DNA of 64,000 bases from contig CM120644.1 of NCBI GenBank assembly GCA_051362555.1, positions 14,096,567 to 14,160,566 on the forward strand, read 5' to 3'. The notes below the pieces were generated by a model. That model searched no databases and had not been told where the DNA came from. It was given only the letters and a program-made list of their open reading frames with translations. The translations under genes were made by a program, and so were the position numbers. Below, piece after piece: positions 26,788-38,838 of this stretch; the first letter of the stretch is position 1, and each line of letters starts with the position of its first letter. Source of the DNA: Lingula anatina (lineage: Eukaryota > Animalia > Brachiopoda).

Positions 26788-27855
26788 TATATTACAGCCG
26801 TGTGGCATTCGCCTGGACAACGCATCTGTGCTACCACCAGGACAATGCTTAAATGCCCAAAGCTGCAAAATCTGCATAAAATCAGGCAGGTGGATGGAAC
26901 TATTTCCTTATGCCAAGGAATAAATTATGTGAGCAATAGGGGCATTTGTACACCCTGGCAGTCACACGGTGTAGCCCTATGCAAAGGCAGAATCATTTAC
27001 TCATCAGGAACACCAGTTACAGCTTGTGGTCAGGGGAAGACAGAGCCAGTGAATAGCACCAGGAGGATTTGTACAACAGCAGGGTTGCCTTTTCACTTAT
27101 GGAGAGCAGCGTTTCAGCCTTTTCCAATGACGCCACTCCTTCACAACACAAAGGTCAATATGAGGTCAAGCACATCACACCCTGAAAAGACATCACTGCT
27201 TTACCGAGCTCCCCCCATACAAGTGAACAACAGAAGTTTTAATACTACCATAACAAGGACAGAAAGCAAGGAAGATGACGTACCGCCAGTCCCATACGGG
27301 GCGAACTTGCAAAACACCATTAGCAACCATAAATGGATCAAGGATGACGGCTTGGACAAGAACAGGCACATTTTAATCTTCCACTCCACTGATTACAGGA
27401 TGCTTCGTTACTGTGGACCCGTATCTGTAACAACTATGGTATTTTTGGCCTCTGCTTTTACTTATAAGTTCTCGGACTATTTGGTTGGGTTCCCATATAA
27501 TATTGATGCTCTGGAACATCCAGCTGCCAAAATAATAATGGTATGGGCCATAACTGTGCTTTACTGTGTGCCCATTGTCTTGTTTTCTTATATGCATCCA
27601 TGGAGGTTATATTATGATCTTATTACTGGGAAGTATACTATCATTGCCCCTGGCATGCTGCTTGTCAATAAGACGAAGGTCGAGTGCTCGCTGAGTGAAA
27701 TGTTCAGGCCTAAGTATTTAAAGAATATGGGGTTTAAAGTGAGGAATAGGATATACTTGTGGACAGATGGGGCGCCAATGAATGAAGTCATGATACAACA
27801 ATTGATGATGACTGCCCAGGAAAACTCACTGCGGAAGAAGAATTCACCTAAGTAG
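26788..27855 (+). CDS. Two-TM protein, TMEM70/TMEM186/TMEM223-like (putative mitochondrial inner membrane)
   Basis: Long open exon after acceptor tttccacAG (ends 26787); first in-exon ATG 26845. Basic Ser/Thr-rich N-terminus, two hydrophobic helices, then HPWRLYYDLITGKYTII, resembling TMEM70 YVIRLYHEATTDTYKAI. True start uncertain. Confidence 0.65.
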   Translation, partial: YITAVWHSPGQRICATTRTMLKCPKLQNLHKIRQVDGTISLCQGINYVSNRGICTPWQSHGVALCKGRIIYSSGTPVTACGQGKTEPVNSTRRICTTAGLPFHLWRAAFQPFPMTPLLHNTKVNMRSSTSHPEKTSLLYRAPPIQVNNRSFNTTITRTESKEDDVPPVPYGANLQNTISNHKWIKDDGLDKNRHILIFHSTDYRMLRYCGPVSVTTMVFLASAFTYKFSDYLVGFPYNIDALEHPAAKIIMVWAITVLYCVPIVLFSYMHPWRLYYDLITGKYTIIAPGMLLVNKTKVECSLSEMFRPKYLKNMGFKVRNRIYLWTDGAPMNEVMIQQLMMTAQENSLRKKNSPK

Positions 27856-29437
27856 GGAATTGATGTCTCTTCATTATGAATGGTGAAAAAATTTGTCTGC
27901 CTGAAAGTCTCAGACTTGATAATGTGCTGAAGGCAGTGTTAACAGCGTCATATACCAGATCCTAAGAGTTTGGATTATTGTAGTAAATTTGTGGTTTTGT
28001 TTGATCAAAAAAGCAAAATGCAAAAAAAAAATATATATATATTATTATATTAACATATAAAAGATTAAAAAAAATATGTTAAAAATAATGAATGTACAAA
28101 AATGTCATTTTAGTTACTGGGTATGAAAATGTGAAAATGAAGCGCCAAGTTTTCTTTTTTTTCCTTGCTGTAAAGAATCATGAGGGAGGCGGAGAGGGGA
28201 GTGCAGGTGAGGCAATTTTGGGAATTATTTTAATGTGATGCAAACAAGCAGAATTGATTTTTTTTCTTTTTAATTTTCTAAAACCTTTCAAGTCGAGGCC
28301 AGTGCATCCAAAGGCAGGTTATGTTATACCCCAGCCTCTTTCATTGAGCAGTATGTGACAAAAGCGTTTTCAAATTTCGGTCTACTAGCACAGGCCCTTT
28401 GAGTGGTAAAAAGTCTGCAGGCATAGACAGTATTCAGTAATTGAACAAGTTCTACTAGCTCTGCTTCAATGGCGCTACCCAAACTATAACGCCACGTACA
28501 TTTTCAAGAATTTTGATGTAAATTAGCGGCGGTATTGTCTGAAAGTCGGGTAGTAATACTTGGCACAGCAGTCTGCGATTAGACACAATGGTGAAGCAGT
28601 GACAAATTGTTTCGAGATTTCTTTTTTTCTGGAAGCTAGCCTTATTCCTTTACCCATGCATCTTGTGTGCTGCAGCAAGGGGCGCTGTCCATACACATAT
28701 CCTCAGGGGTCCATCTCTGAATCGTGTTATTTTGACAAATCGGATTTAAACTACGGCATGAACTGACCCCCCCCCCCCACACACACACACACAGAGACAG
28801 ACGGACACAAAAAACGCTGTTTTGTTTTGTTTTTTTTTTTGCCATTCCTTCGAGTTTATACTTCTCAGACTGATTTCGTATTCTGCGCGGTGACCAATCT
28901 CTGTCCTAAACATGGGTCCGATAGGAGAGGGTTAATTTGATTATTTCTTTAAAAAATTAATCCATGGTAATAACATTGAAAAAATAACATCAGGAAGTTG
29001 TCACTAATTCTCGGATAAGTTCAACAAGAAGTCGTTTATTTATTTTGTCACATTCATCAGAAAATAAGCTCAACGTTATTTTAGTTAACTCGTTACTGCT
29101 GAATTATGAAGGCATATTTTTTACTGATCAATATATATTTAATCATTCCGACTCATTCTATTGTAGAGAAATGTAGCGTTCAAAGATATATGAATATTTT
29201 TCAAAATCAAATCTTCGAGAAAAGGTCATTTTTTGTAATTACATCATTTTCATCATTACATTACATTATTTTCAAAGAGATTGCCACAACAACGCAACAT
29301 CACGCTCAATTAAAGATGAAAAATTATTGCGAAAACCACATATTCGATTTCTTCGGGCTGTATAATAATTCAATGATGCTCACAACTTGACTAGTGTTCA
29401 GATTACTGCGAGGTTTCATGATAGATGTCTTTTTTTT

Positions 29438-30679
29438 TCACTCGCATGATACACCGACATCTTCGTGGTGGCCACAGTTGTGTTTTCCCCAACCGTTGTG
29501 CTTACACAACCTTATGTCAAGTTCGCTACCCACGCAGTCTAAACCATCTAGCCATATTGGGCCTGTTCCTTGTCCAAATCTGGCTCTTTCGTACACAGTT
29601 GGATAGGCGGACGGGTACCCCAGCTGCCTGCAGGCAACCCTAGCATCATTAACGCCAAAGCTGTCATCGCAGACTGTTCCCCATTGCCCGTTGTAGAAGA
29701 CTTCAATTCTACCCTCGCGCGAATGACTTCCATTTACCAAACGTATGGGCCCTAAAACAGTTCATATAAACTTTATTTTGAGTTAATAAATTACACTGGT
29801 GCAATGTGAAAGTGTAAAACGGAAATTATAAAGGGTCATTTAAGAGTAACTGTGTTTATCGTGACTTTTAGAACGTTCTTTTCATAAATGCATTCTTGTA
29901 AACTGTGTATACTTATTTCTGTTGAAGTATAGTTATAGTTTTTAAACGTGCACGTTGAAGCCCCTTTAAGTGTGTTCTTGCATCCCTACTAATCTTATAG
30001 AACCGCCAACTAATTTCTAATAAAAAACTAGATCTAGTTTTCTAAAAAGAAAAAAAAAGGAAAATAATCAGAATTAACTCATATTTGCGAATTAAAAATG
30101 AAAAATATCGAGGTGCAAACGCACTCAGCGAATGATAAAATTTTAAAGTAACGCACCTGCTAGTAATTGATCAAAAGCGTTAGATGTTTGTTGCACCAAC
30201 ATGTGCTGCTGCTGCTCAAGACTCTGAATTTTGTTCGTCAGTAATGTCCTCTCTTTTTGTGAGGAATCCTTCAACTGTTGCAACTGCTGCTTCAGTGTTG
30301 CTACCTGGTTTGTTAGCGCCACATTTTCTGCTTGAATAGAAGCGTCAGTAAGTAGACTGTTTTTAACCTTTTGTTCCACGCCCTTGAGGGTTTTATTGAA
30401 GGATCGCTGAACCTGTTGCATTTCGGCGACCAAAATGGCGTTGGAACGCTGCAGCCCTTCAACTTCAGCGGTTAGGTTTTCATCCTTGATTCTGGCAGTG
30501 TAAATCTCTTGACTTAGCACGCCCAGCCAGCTTTTTACCCATGCCGCCAAGCCGTCGGCGCCAATGTAATTCTTAACGTTCTGCGCTGGAACAGGAAACG
30601 TCGGTTTCGTCGTAATATTTTTCTGAGCGTTTAAAACGCTGAACATCATAACTGGTACCACAAAAACTAAACTCTTCAT
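29438..30679 (-). CDS. Secreted coiled-coil + group-A SRCR protein, copy 4 (278 aa)
   Basis: Exon1 30679-30157, exon2 29751-29438 (acceptor ttttAG); ends ...VGVSCE* with no tail. Confidence 0.9.
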
Positions 30680-31897
30680 TGTTTAAGAAATCGAACCTGG
30701 ACCAAGCTCTAAAATGCTTGTTTTAGGGGAGGACTGGCATAAGTATGAAGTTATGACACTGATCGGACTCGTTTAAGATCCCATGCATAAATTCTCATGG
30801 TTGTATTGCCAGCCCTTGTTTGCCTTTTGATAAACTATGAGACTAACAGAATTTCTTTGTGTCGTTATTTAAAACCCACCCTGAATTTCAGAAATTATTG
30901 GAATGTAATCTCCAGTCTGTCCCTGCCAAAACACGTTGTAATATAGTTTTCAGTCAGCCCTGAAACCCAGGGTGACGAATTCGAGATACTTAATTTTAGT
31001 CTAGGCAGCCATGGGCACGGCATAAGACCTCCATTGTATTAATACCGCTGCACGTGCACGGTGTCATCTTTTATCTTATAACCCAGAAATTTTTTTTCGT
31101 CTGTTTATTTATCTCAGACTGAAGACGTGGGAAAGACTGAAACGTCACACCAAATAACGATTGTGGCGCATTATTAACAAAACGAATAAATAAATACGTC
31201 AGATTAAAATTACATATGCACAATAAGATGAACAGTTACATGATTCATGAGTTCGAATTCACATAAATTATGTTATTTCTTTTTCTATTGCTGGCGCCAA
31301 AAATGGCCGATTGGCGTCTTCACATTATACCTAATATGGAAGATAATGTCCGAGTTAGAAGATTCTTAGCTCGGATAGCATCTCACTGTACTTTCTTCCG
31401 ATCATATTATTGCTGATCTAATTTTACTGGTCGTTAGGCCTATATGTTTGTAACTTTATGTATTCGTATATTTTTGTAATTGCCTATTTCTTAGACTCAT
31501 ATAGCGCACCAATATATGTTTATATCGCTAAAAATTTCATCTTCGGCAAGATGCTTAATTCTGCAATTGCATCAGATGTTTTTTCACAGCAGTTACCGCA
31601 AAAAAAAAAAAAAATAATAATAATAATAATAATAAAATAAATAATAATAATAATAATAAATGAAAAATAATAAATAAATAAATGAATAAATAAATAAAAA
31701 ATACACCGCTCTTTCCAAACTCGAAAATCACATTTGCCACGGATTGTCTGATACTGTTGATATTGCTAGTCTGCTGTCGCTGAAGCGTGGTGTCCATATT
31801 GCTGTGATGCAACAGCCATTTCATGATGGTGAAATCTTTTCACTGACGTGTTGCACTTACTTCCCCGCTGTGGTTTGAGTCTTCTGTGCTTCACCTT

Positions 31898-32170
31898 GGT
31901 GTAACAGGAATGGTAGTCCTAGGAATAGAAGTTCAGGCTCCCATATGATTAATACAGGTAAGGATTAGTCGGAGTATTGGGGTAAGTATATGGGGTGAAA
32001 GACACCTGTATATTCCCAAACTCCCAAAAGCTCAAATAACCATAAAACAGGGCCAAAAATCCTCGTCTTTTTATTTCTTCAAACATCCTTATCTGATATA
32101 AAAAGTATGGGGAGCGGACTACGGTTCCTAGCGGACTGCCGATCCTGTCTCATCGGCCCCCGCGGTAATA
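31898..32170. mobile_element. MITE family GGTGTAACAGGAATGGT (degenerate copy)
   Basis: Homologous to 38670-38838 and, inverted, to 43726-43902. Confidence 0.7.
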
Positions 32171-32474
32171 GGCCTGCAGCCTTACATTGTATTCGGTCAT
32201 AGCACACTGTAGATATAAATCATGTACCTTGTCCGATATGTTTTTCATTTACAAAATTTGTCCTAAGAACAACACGCTAGAATTTTAAAGCTAAAATATA
32301 TAGATTGAATCCATCCACGTGCGTGCTATTTCGGAGCTGAGGTGTGACCATTTTTTTTTCTTACAAAAAAAAAGAAAAAAAAGGACAAGGCTTTTATAGA
32401 GAGCATTGGTTGTGTTGAACAACAACCTGTAAGGGTGTCCCACGTTGTACAGGTATTTATAGTAGTTCTCTGTC

Positions 32475-32984
32475 TTATCCCCGAGACATTGAGAGTTTGG
32501 CAACGGCCTGTACTAAACTCGTGACTGCTTTTGTCAGCGATGTCATCCCTATTTCTGATGAATCCTTCAGCTGCTGCAGCTGCTGCTTGAGTGTTGCAAC
32601 CTGATTTTTAAGATCCACGTTTTCTGCTTGGATAGCGGCGTCGGTTTGTGTCCCTTTGTCTACCTTCTGCTGCACGTTATGGAGAGTTTTACTGAAGTCG
32701 ATGTTCGCTCGCTGCAATTGATGCATTTCAGAGACTAACAGGGTGTTGGAACTCTGTAGCCCTTCAATTTCAGCGGTTAAGTTATCATCCTTGACTCTGG
32801 CAGTGTAAGCCTCACGGCTTAGTACGCTTAGCCAAGCTTTGACCCAAGCCGCCAAGCCATCGGTGCCAATGTAATTCTTAACGTTCTGAGTCGGGAGAGG
32901 ACGAGCTAATGTCCTCGTTGCAGCACTATGCGTGTTTGAAATAGTCAGCAGAATAATTGCTATTGCGAAAAATGAGTTCTTCAT
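32475..32984 (-). CDS. Secreted coiled-coil-only paralog (copy 5, 169 aa, no SRCR exon found)
   Basis: MKNSFFAIAIILLTIS signal peptide, [15 protein letters not shown] motif, coiled coil, TAA stop; lacks the G|GTGCGT donor of copies 1-4. Confidence 0.8.
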   Translation of the reverse strand: MKNSFFAIAIILLTISNTHSAATRTLARPLPTQNVKNYIGTDGLAAWVKAWLSVLSREAYTARVKDDNLTAEIEGLQSSNTLLVSEMHQLQRANIDFSKTLHNVQQKVDKGTQTDAAIQAENVDLKNQVATLKQQLQQLKDSSEIGMTSLTKAVTSLVQAVAKLSMSRG

Positions 32985-33590
32985 CGTGTTAAGGAAGCAA
33001 AACACAGACGAGCGTTTAAAAGCTTGATTTCAGGGATAGTTCTCATAGGTACGGAATTCCCACACAGTGGTGACATTTATTAGATATCATGTATGTTTTC
33101 TCATGGTCTTCAAGTTATTGACTTTTGATAAACTACGAACTGTCACATTTTCTTTGACCTGTCAAGTGCAGTAACTCTCGATAATCTTGACATTGACACC
33201 CTCAAGTAGCGTGCGGGCACTTTTGAAGAAAGCGAGGGGAAAAACTGTACAAGAGTGGTGTGCCCCCCTCCAAGATCTTAAAGGTGGAAATTGATGTGGG
33301 GGATTTCTTTGAAGATTTCTTTGAGAACCACAGGCGGTACAAATAACCTGCTTGCATGTTAAGGGTTTTTTTAGAACTGACCCCCCCCCCTCCTCCACAC
33401 ACACACACACACCCACACACACACGCACACACTTTTAGGACACCCAAGGACCTGGTATTGCACTTATGTTTCACGCATGTTTCCCTTTTGTTCTAACATG
33501 AGATCTGAACATTGCGTAAAGCAGTGGCAGAAACCCCTGCAAACTCTGAAGACACAAGATAACCAAATGAGAAACGGGGACATGCAATAA

Positions 33591-33629
<39 letters not shown>

Positions 33630-35289
33630 ATCCTACAGGTTAATATAAATGAATGAATAAAAATATATTGCTGATTTAAATGAGATGAAAAATATATGTA
33701 AAAGAACGATGCAAATCGCGCACGTGTATCACAATCAATGACGGCCCATTGGCGTAAACAAACGTATTACTCCAAGGTACATGTACACGGTATATATATA
33801 TCAAAAGTTGTGTATTTACAAAAAAATAGCCCAATTGTGAAGACGTTTACTATACACAATAAAGTTAATTAATTTATATTATCATTTTTTTTCTATAAAC
33901 GAATTATTCTACATCTATCACATTTTAAAAATGTCACGGAGAGTAAATATGATTCTAGCAACGTAAGCAAATGAGCAACCAGCTAAGCACAATGTGAAAA
34001 GAGATTACAATATGGTGTCGGAAATAGAAAATCTATTGTAATTAAATATTCAATACAAATCTTACTTCAAACCTATTAAAATTGTAAAATACTATTCCAA
34101 TAAGCAATTAATGTGTCCATTTTAAGTCGTGGAACAATGTGTATCAGTGTGTGAAACGTACATATGATCAGATGATATTGAACACAAATATTGAAAAATG
34201 ATTAATTTTCAGTAGCAGCAGGTCACAAAAGATATCGACGACTTTTCATGTTAATGTCTACTCAAGGTAGAATGGGGAATTATGGGGGGGGGGGATTAAA
34301 TAATTATCATTTGAAATTTTGCTCATGTTTTTATTTATTGCCAAATGCTATGTCCCCTCCTTCTTTAAACCAACACAAGGTATCATTTTTTTCACTTTTT
34401 TGTGTAATTTATGTCCAATAGGAAATATGATCACATGGCAGACACATTGCGGCATTTCTCAAATTTTGATGTACATTGAAGAACCTTACATGTTAATGCA
34501 TTCAAACATGGCACAAATAGGACATACACAACACTGGTACAAAGCACAATGCGTTTTGCCTTACTATAATGCCAAAAGATTCGCCTCCGTAGCCTTTAAC
34601 TGAAAAAAAAATCCACGTATCAAAATCTATGAAGCATATTGAATGGCTTATAATGAGCAAAGGTTGAGCAAATTGATATCAAACGATGCATTTTGATCTT
34701 TAATTGAGCAGTCTCCCGCAGCCAACACATCAAAGTTCCACAGATCAATACGCAAGCGCAAGGAGGGGTACAACTGCACGTGCAACGTCGATTAAAGGTC
34801 AAGGTCACGTAGCCGACTGTCCTGTTATCGATGATTGCACCACAAATTATTTGTTGCCTTAATGTTTAATGTTAAAGGGCATGGCATATGGTGTGAAAAT
34901 GTTTAAGAACAAAATCCTATTATGTATGTACCGGTGGAGTGCACCGTAGTCAAACTTGTTGTAGAAACGGTACGAAAATTTCTTCAGTCAGTCAAAAGAC
35001 ATATACACTGTAGGTGTTGTCAAAATAGATCAGCTCACATCAAGTGAAAATATATAGTTTGGCAGTTGTGTATATTTTGATAGCCACTGCGGTAGACACA
35101 CAAATAAAGTGCGTTTGAGCAAGGATTACAGCACCAACTTTCTAGTCTACATGTATAACTCATAACCGTAGGAAAAAGATTATAATTCCTCGTCTATGAA
35201 AATTATCAGCACAGACTTTTATTTCAGTATTTATTCTCATTCACTGCCTCCCTCCTCTTCTACTTTGGATCTCGCGTGCTTTACCTCTT

Positions 35290-35753
35290 TCTTCCCTCAT
35301 TCACTTGCTAACTCAGTAACGGACAAACTTGTGGACCGACGAATTGGTACATACTGAGTACTCATTCACCTGCAAAGTCACCCACTCACTCACAATTTCA
35401 CTTACCCCATCAACCCACCCACTCATTCAAAAATTCACGCATCCGCTCGCTCAATTACAAACACTCACTCACTCACTCATCTACTCTTTTATCTACAAAT
35501 TCACTAACCCACCCACTCTCCCAATCACAAAATCAGCTACTCATTAACTCACAGATTCACTCACTCACCCACCCTTTCGCTTACTCACAAACTTACTCAC
35601 TCAAAACCATACTCACCGATCGACTGCCAGACACACAAACTCACTCACTCACTCACCCATCCGCTTACAAACTCTCCCACATCCACCCATTTACATATAC
35701 TCGCTCACTCACAGACTCACTCAGCTTCTTACTCAACAGACTCAACGACACAC
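35290..35753. repeat. Degenerate (CACT/CACC)n low-complexity tract
   Basis: Repeated ACTCACTC/ACCCACCC units directly 3' of the CARD-like gene stop. Confidence 0.85.
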
Positions 35754-37589
35754 TCAAATCAGCCTAGCCTGGTTGTAAGTGTAATAGAGGGTCCATTTGT
35801 ATAACATATCAGAGATAACCTTATGGTTCTTCCTCAGCGCGTGACAGAATAACACGAAGGCATTTGCACCGGCGGGTGAGTCGTCCAACTTGTCCAGAAG
35901 GGCACTGATCCTTTCTAGGTTTCCGCCCTGTGAGTTGATGACCCTAAGGTCTGTATTGTTTAAAGCGCCCCCTGACAATAGTGGCTCCATGTCAACCAGT
36001 TCAAAGTCAACGTAGTGAAGGATTAGGTTGCGGTATTCGGTTGACATCTTTGGCTTTACAAAACCTGTTAGAAGACAGTAAGAACAATATGAATAAAGAA
36101 CAGCAGCAGCGCACACACACACGCACACGTACACATAAACATGCACATACAGGTCTTATAGCCACATATAAGTGCTTCCTTTTAAAATCAAAATGCGGTC
36201 ATCAATAGGTAAAGAAAACTAGAGTCTGAAAATAGCTCCATTCAATTTTAAAGATAATTATCATAGATTGTGCGTCCTGGAACTTTTCAAAAACGAAAGT
36301 GAAAGTAAAACAAAACTCGTACCTTTTCCGTCCAGCATGTTGAGTGGTCCCACTGAGTAATGTTTAGGCTCTGCACCATGTTTCTTCGTTACAATTGGAG
36401 CGGATCGAATTCTCCTGTGGTTTGTACTTGGTCGCTGATTGGGGTGAGCCCGGCTCAGACCCGGCATGGCACTTTTTGGTCGACCCGGAAGTGGTCGTGG
36501 GCAGTGCGACGCCAACTGAGACGCCTGCATCCGGTTAAAGTCATTTTGCATCCTCAGTTCGAAAATCGTCTTGTTAAGGTCCTCGATTTGTCTTTCGAAT
36601 TTCTTCGTGTCTTTGCTTCCGCGCTCTTGCACCGTCTCCAGCATGTATTTGACTTTGTCAATAAGAGTCTTTTTCTCTGGACTTTCGATGCGTTTGCTCT
36701 CTCGTTTCATGTAAGAGAAATGCTTTGGGGGCTGCTCCTCTTCCTCTTTGGCGTCCTCCTCGGCGGCTTTTTTCTCTGCGCGCTGAAGTTGGCGGTCCAG
36801 GTCTTGTAACTCCCTCTCCAAAGAGTTGATCTCCGTCTGGGAAACAATGGGAAAATTGATAAACAACCAACGTTTGTTTTGTTATTATTTTTAAAAAATT
36901 ATGATGGGAACCACTAATAATTTTGCCTTTTAAAATTGTCTTTGGCGTTTAATTGAACATTTTGATGAAGCAAGAACATATATTTCAACAAAAATAAAGT
37001 TGAAAACAATGAAGAGCTTCGAAACTATCTAGTGAAACAGAAATAAGGGGCAGTCCGCCTTGTCCAATTAAAGGCCTAAATTTTAACATGTGCCTTTTTA
37101 TGGATACAGCTGTAACCACCTGCTTTTAAAAGCAACAAATAAAACAGACTATTTATTAATTTATTTTGAAAAGAATTGGTTCAAACACTCGTTAAAGATA
37201 CCTACTGCGAGCATCTTTTGTTTCTGTTGACACTTATCATGTACGGGAGTCACCAGCGCGCACATGGACACTTTCAGGGCCCCATTATACTCTCGAAGCA
37301 GCGACGCCAGAAGTCTTTCCATTTTTACGTAATATTTCAAGTGGGCTTTGAGGCTAGCCACCTTCAGCACCACCTGGTGGATTTTTTGCTTCACTGCCGT
37401 TACTGGGTGGACTTTCTTTGGCGTTATTTTCAAGTTCCTGACGGCTTCCTCCAAATAATCGGCCAGCTCCCAGCGATCTTCCATCTCGTCCAGAAGTTGG
37501 GCGTTCAGGTCTTTCAATGTCTTTGTTTCTTGGACGATAACTTCGACCTCAGTCATCGAATCGTTTAGTTTTCTTAAAAATTCCTCCAT
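35754..37589 (-). CDS. Coiled-coil protein with C-terminal CARD/death-fold-like domain (3 coding exons)
   Basis: Exon A from ATG 37589 (phase-0 donor ambiguous, ~37272-37207); exon B 36836-36323 (acceptor ttccCAG, donor G|GTACGA); exon C 36064-35754 with ...DMEPLLSGGALNNTDLRVINSQGGNLERISALLDKL...GANAFVLFCHALRKNHKVISDML, matching the CARD pattern LLDxL..G..AF..F..AL. Confidence 0.75.
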
Positions 37590-38293
37590 TTTACTGTCAC
37601 CTTCTCGGTCAGTTATGAATTATCCAGATTTTCCAAATAGGTGGTTTTGGTATCATTGTAGCCGATCGAAATGATTGTCTTGAATATTTTTCTTCGAAGA
37701 ATGCATCGCAGCTGTGAAAAAATATCAATGTGAAATGATTATATAGAAATACTAGTAGGCCTACACGCTGAGCATGCACGGTTGTCAACAAAGTGGCTCC
37801 ACTCATTATTAGATCCAGCTTATGTTTTGAAGACTTCATGCTGATATTTAAGCAAATAATCTAAATAATAATGTTAAGGTAAGTCACAAGTTATAATCAA
37901 GAATCGACAAAATATGAAGATATATTTCTATAACTTACAATTGTCGAGACTAAACAGAATCAATTAATTTTACTTTGCAGCTTTATGTTTTAAAATGTTT
38001 GATAAATGATGTTGTGCCGTGATTATTCATCTATATTTATTCAAAATGAAATAACCCTGAATAATGTGTCCGTTTTCGTCATAAGCATGGAGGGGATACA
38101 GTGTGACATTTTTTTTTCTATTATCATCTTCCTTCTATTCATCTTATGACAAGAAGTATATATTTTTTCATTTTAATTGCGAATTTTATAAATTCTGTAA
38201 AGTCTATTGAACATACGTTGGATTTTAGACTATAAATAATAATAATAATTATTAATTTTTTAACTGTTATTATTACTATTATTATTATTATTA

Positions 38294-38327
<34 letters not shown>

Positions 38328-38669
38328 CTCAATATTTTAATCCATAATTATTTGAAACAAGTTAACCCAAAATAAAGGAAAATATTGGATTTCTTTTTGC
38401 AAAAGGTCCTTTTTACATCGTGCTGAAGACTTTTTTTTTACTTAGGGCCATTTTGAGATTGAAACTTTTACAACCTCGCAAAAGAGTTATCTAAACACCC
38501 CTCTCCTACTCCCCCCATCCCCCACGACCAGCTAACTGGATAAATCTTTGTTACTCGAAAGATCTTTTCAGGCCCTAAGAGTCGTAAGCAAACTAGAAAA
38601 AGGCAGTAAAACTCTCACCCATCCCACCCCATCTCTCGCCACCCCCGTAGCGTAATAAAATATTGGGAC

Positions 38670-38838
38670 CGGTGTAACAGGAATGGTGGTCCTGGGAATG
38701 GAATTCCGGGTCCTATATGATTAGTACAGGTTAGTGTTATTCGGGGTATTGGGGCTAGAATATGGGACGAACGTCACCTGTATTAAGAAATGGGGAGCGG
38801 GCTACGGTTCGATGAGGACAACCATTCCTATTACACCG
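38670..38838. mobile_element. MITE family GGTGTAACAGGAATGGT
   Basis: TIR CGGTGTAACAGGAATGGT ... ACCATTCCTATTACACCG; three copies in the window. Confidence 0.8.

Noticed and set aside
31740-31900. Possible head exon for SRCR-less copy 5
   Set aside because: No SRCR cysteine pattern or convincing frame.
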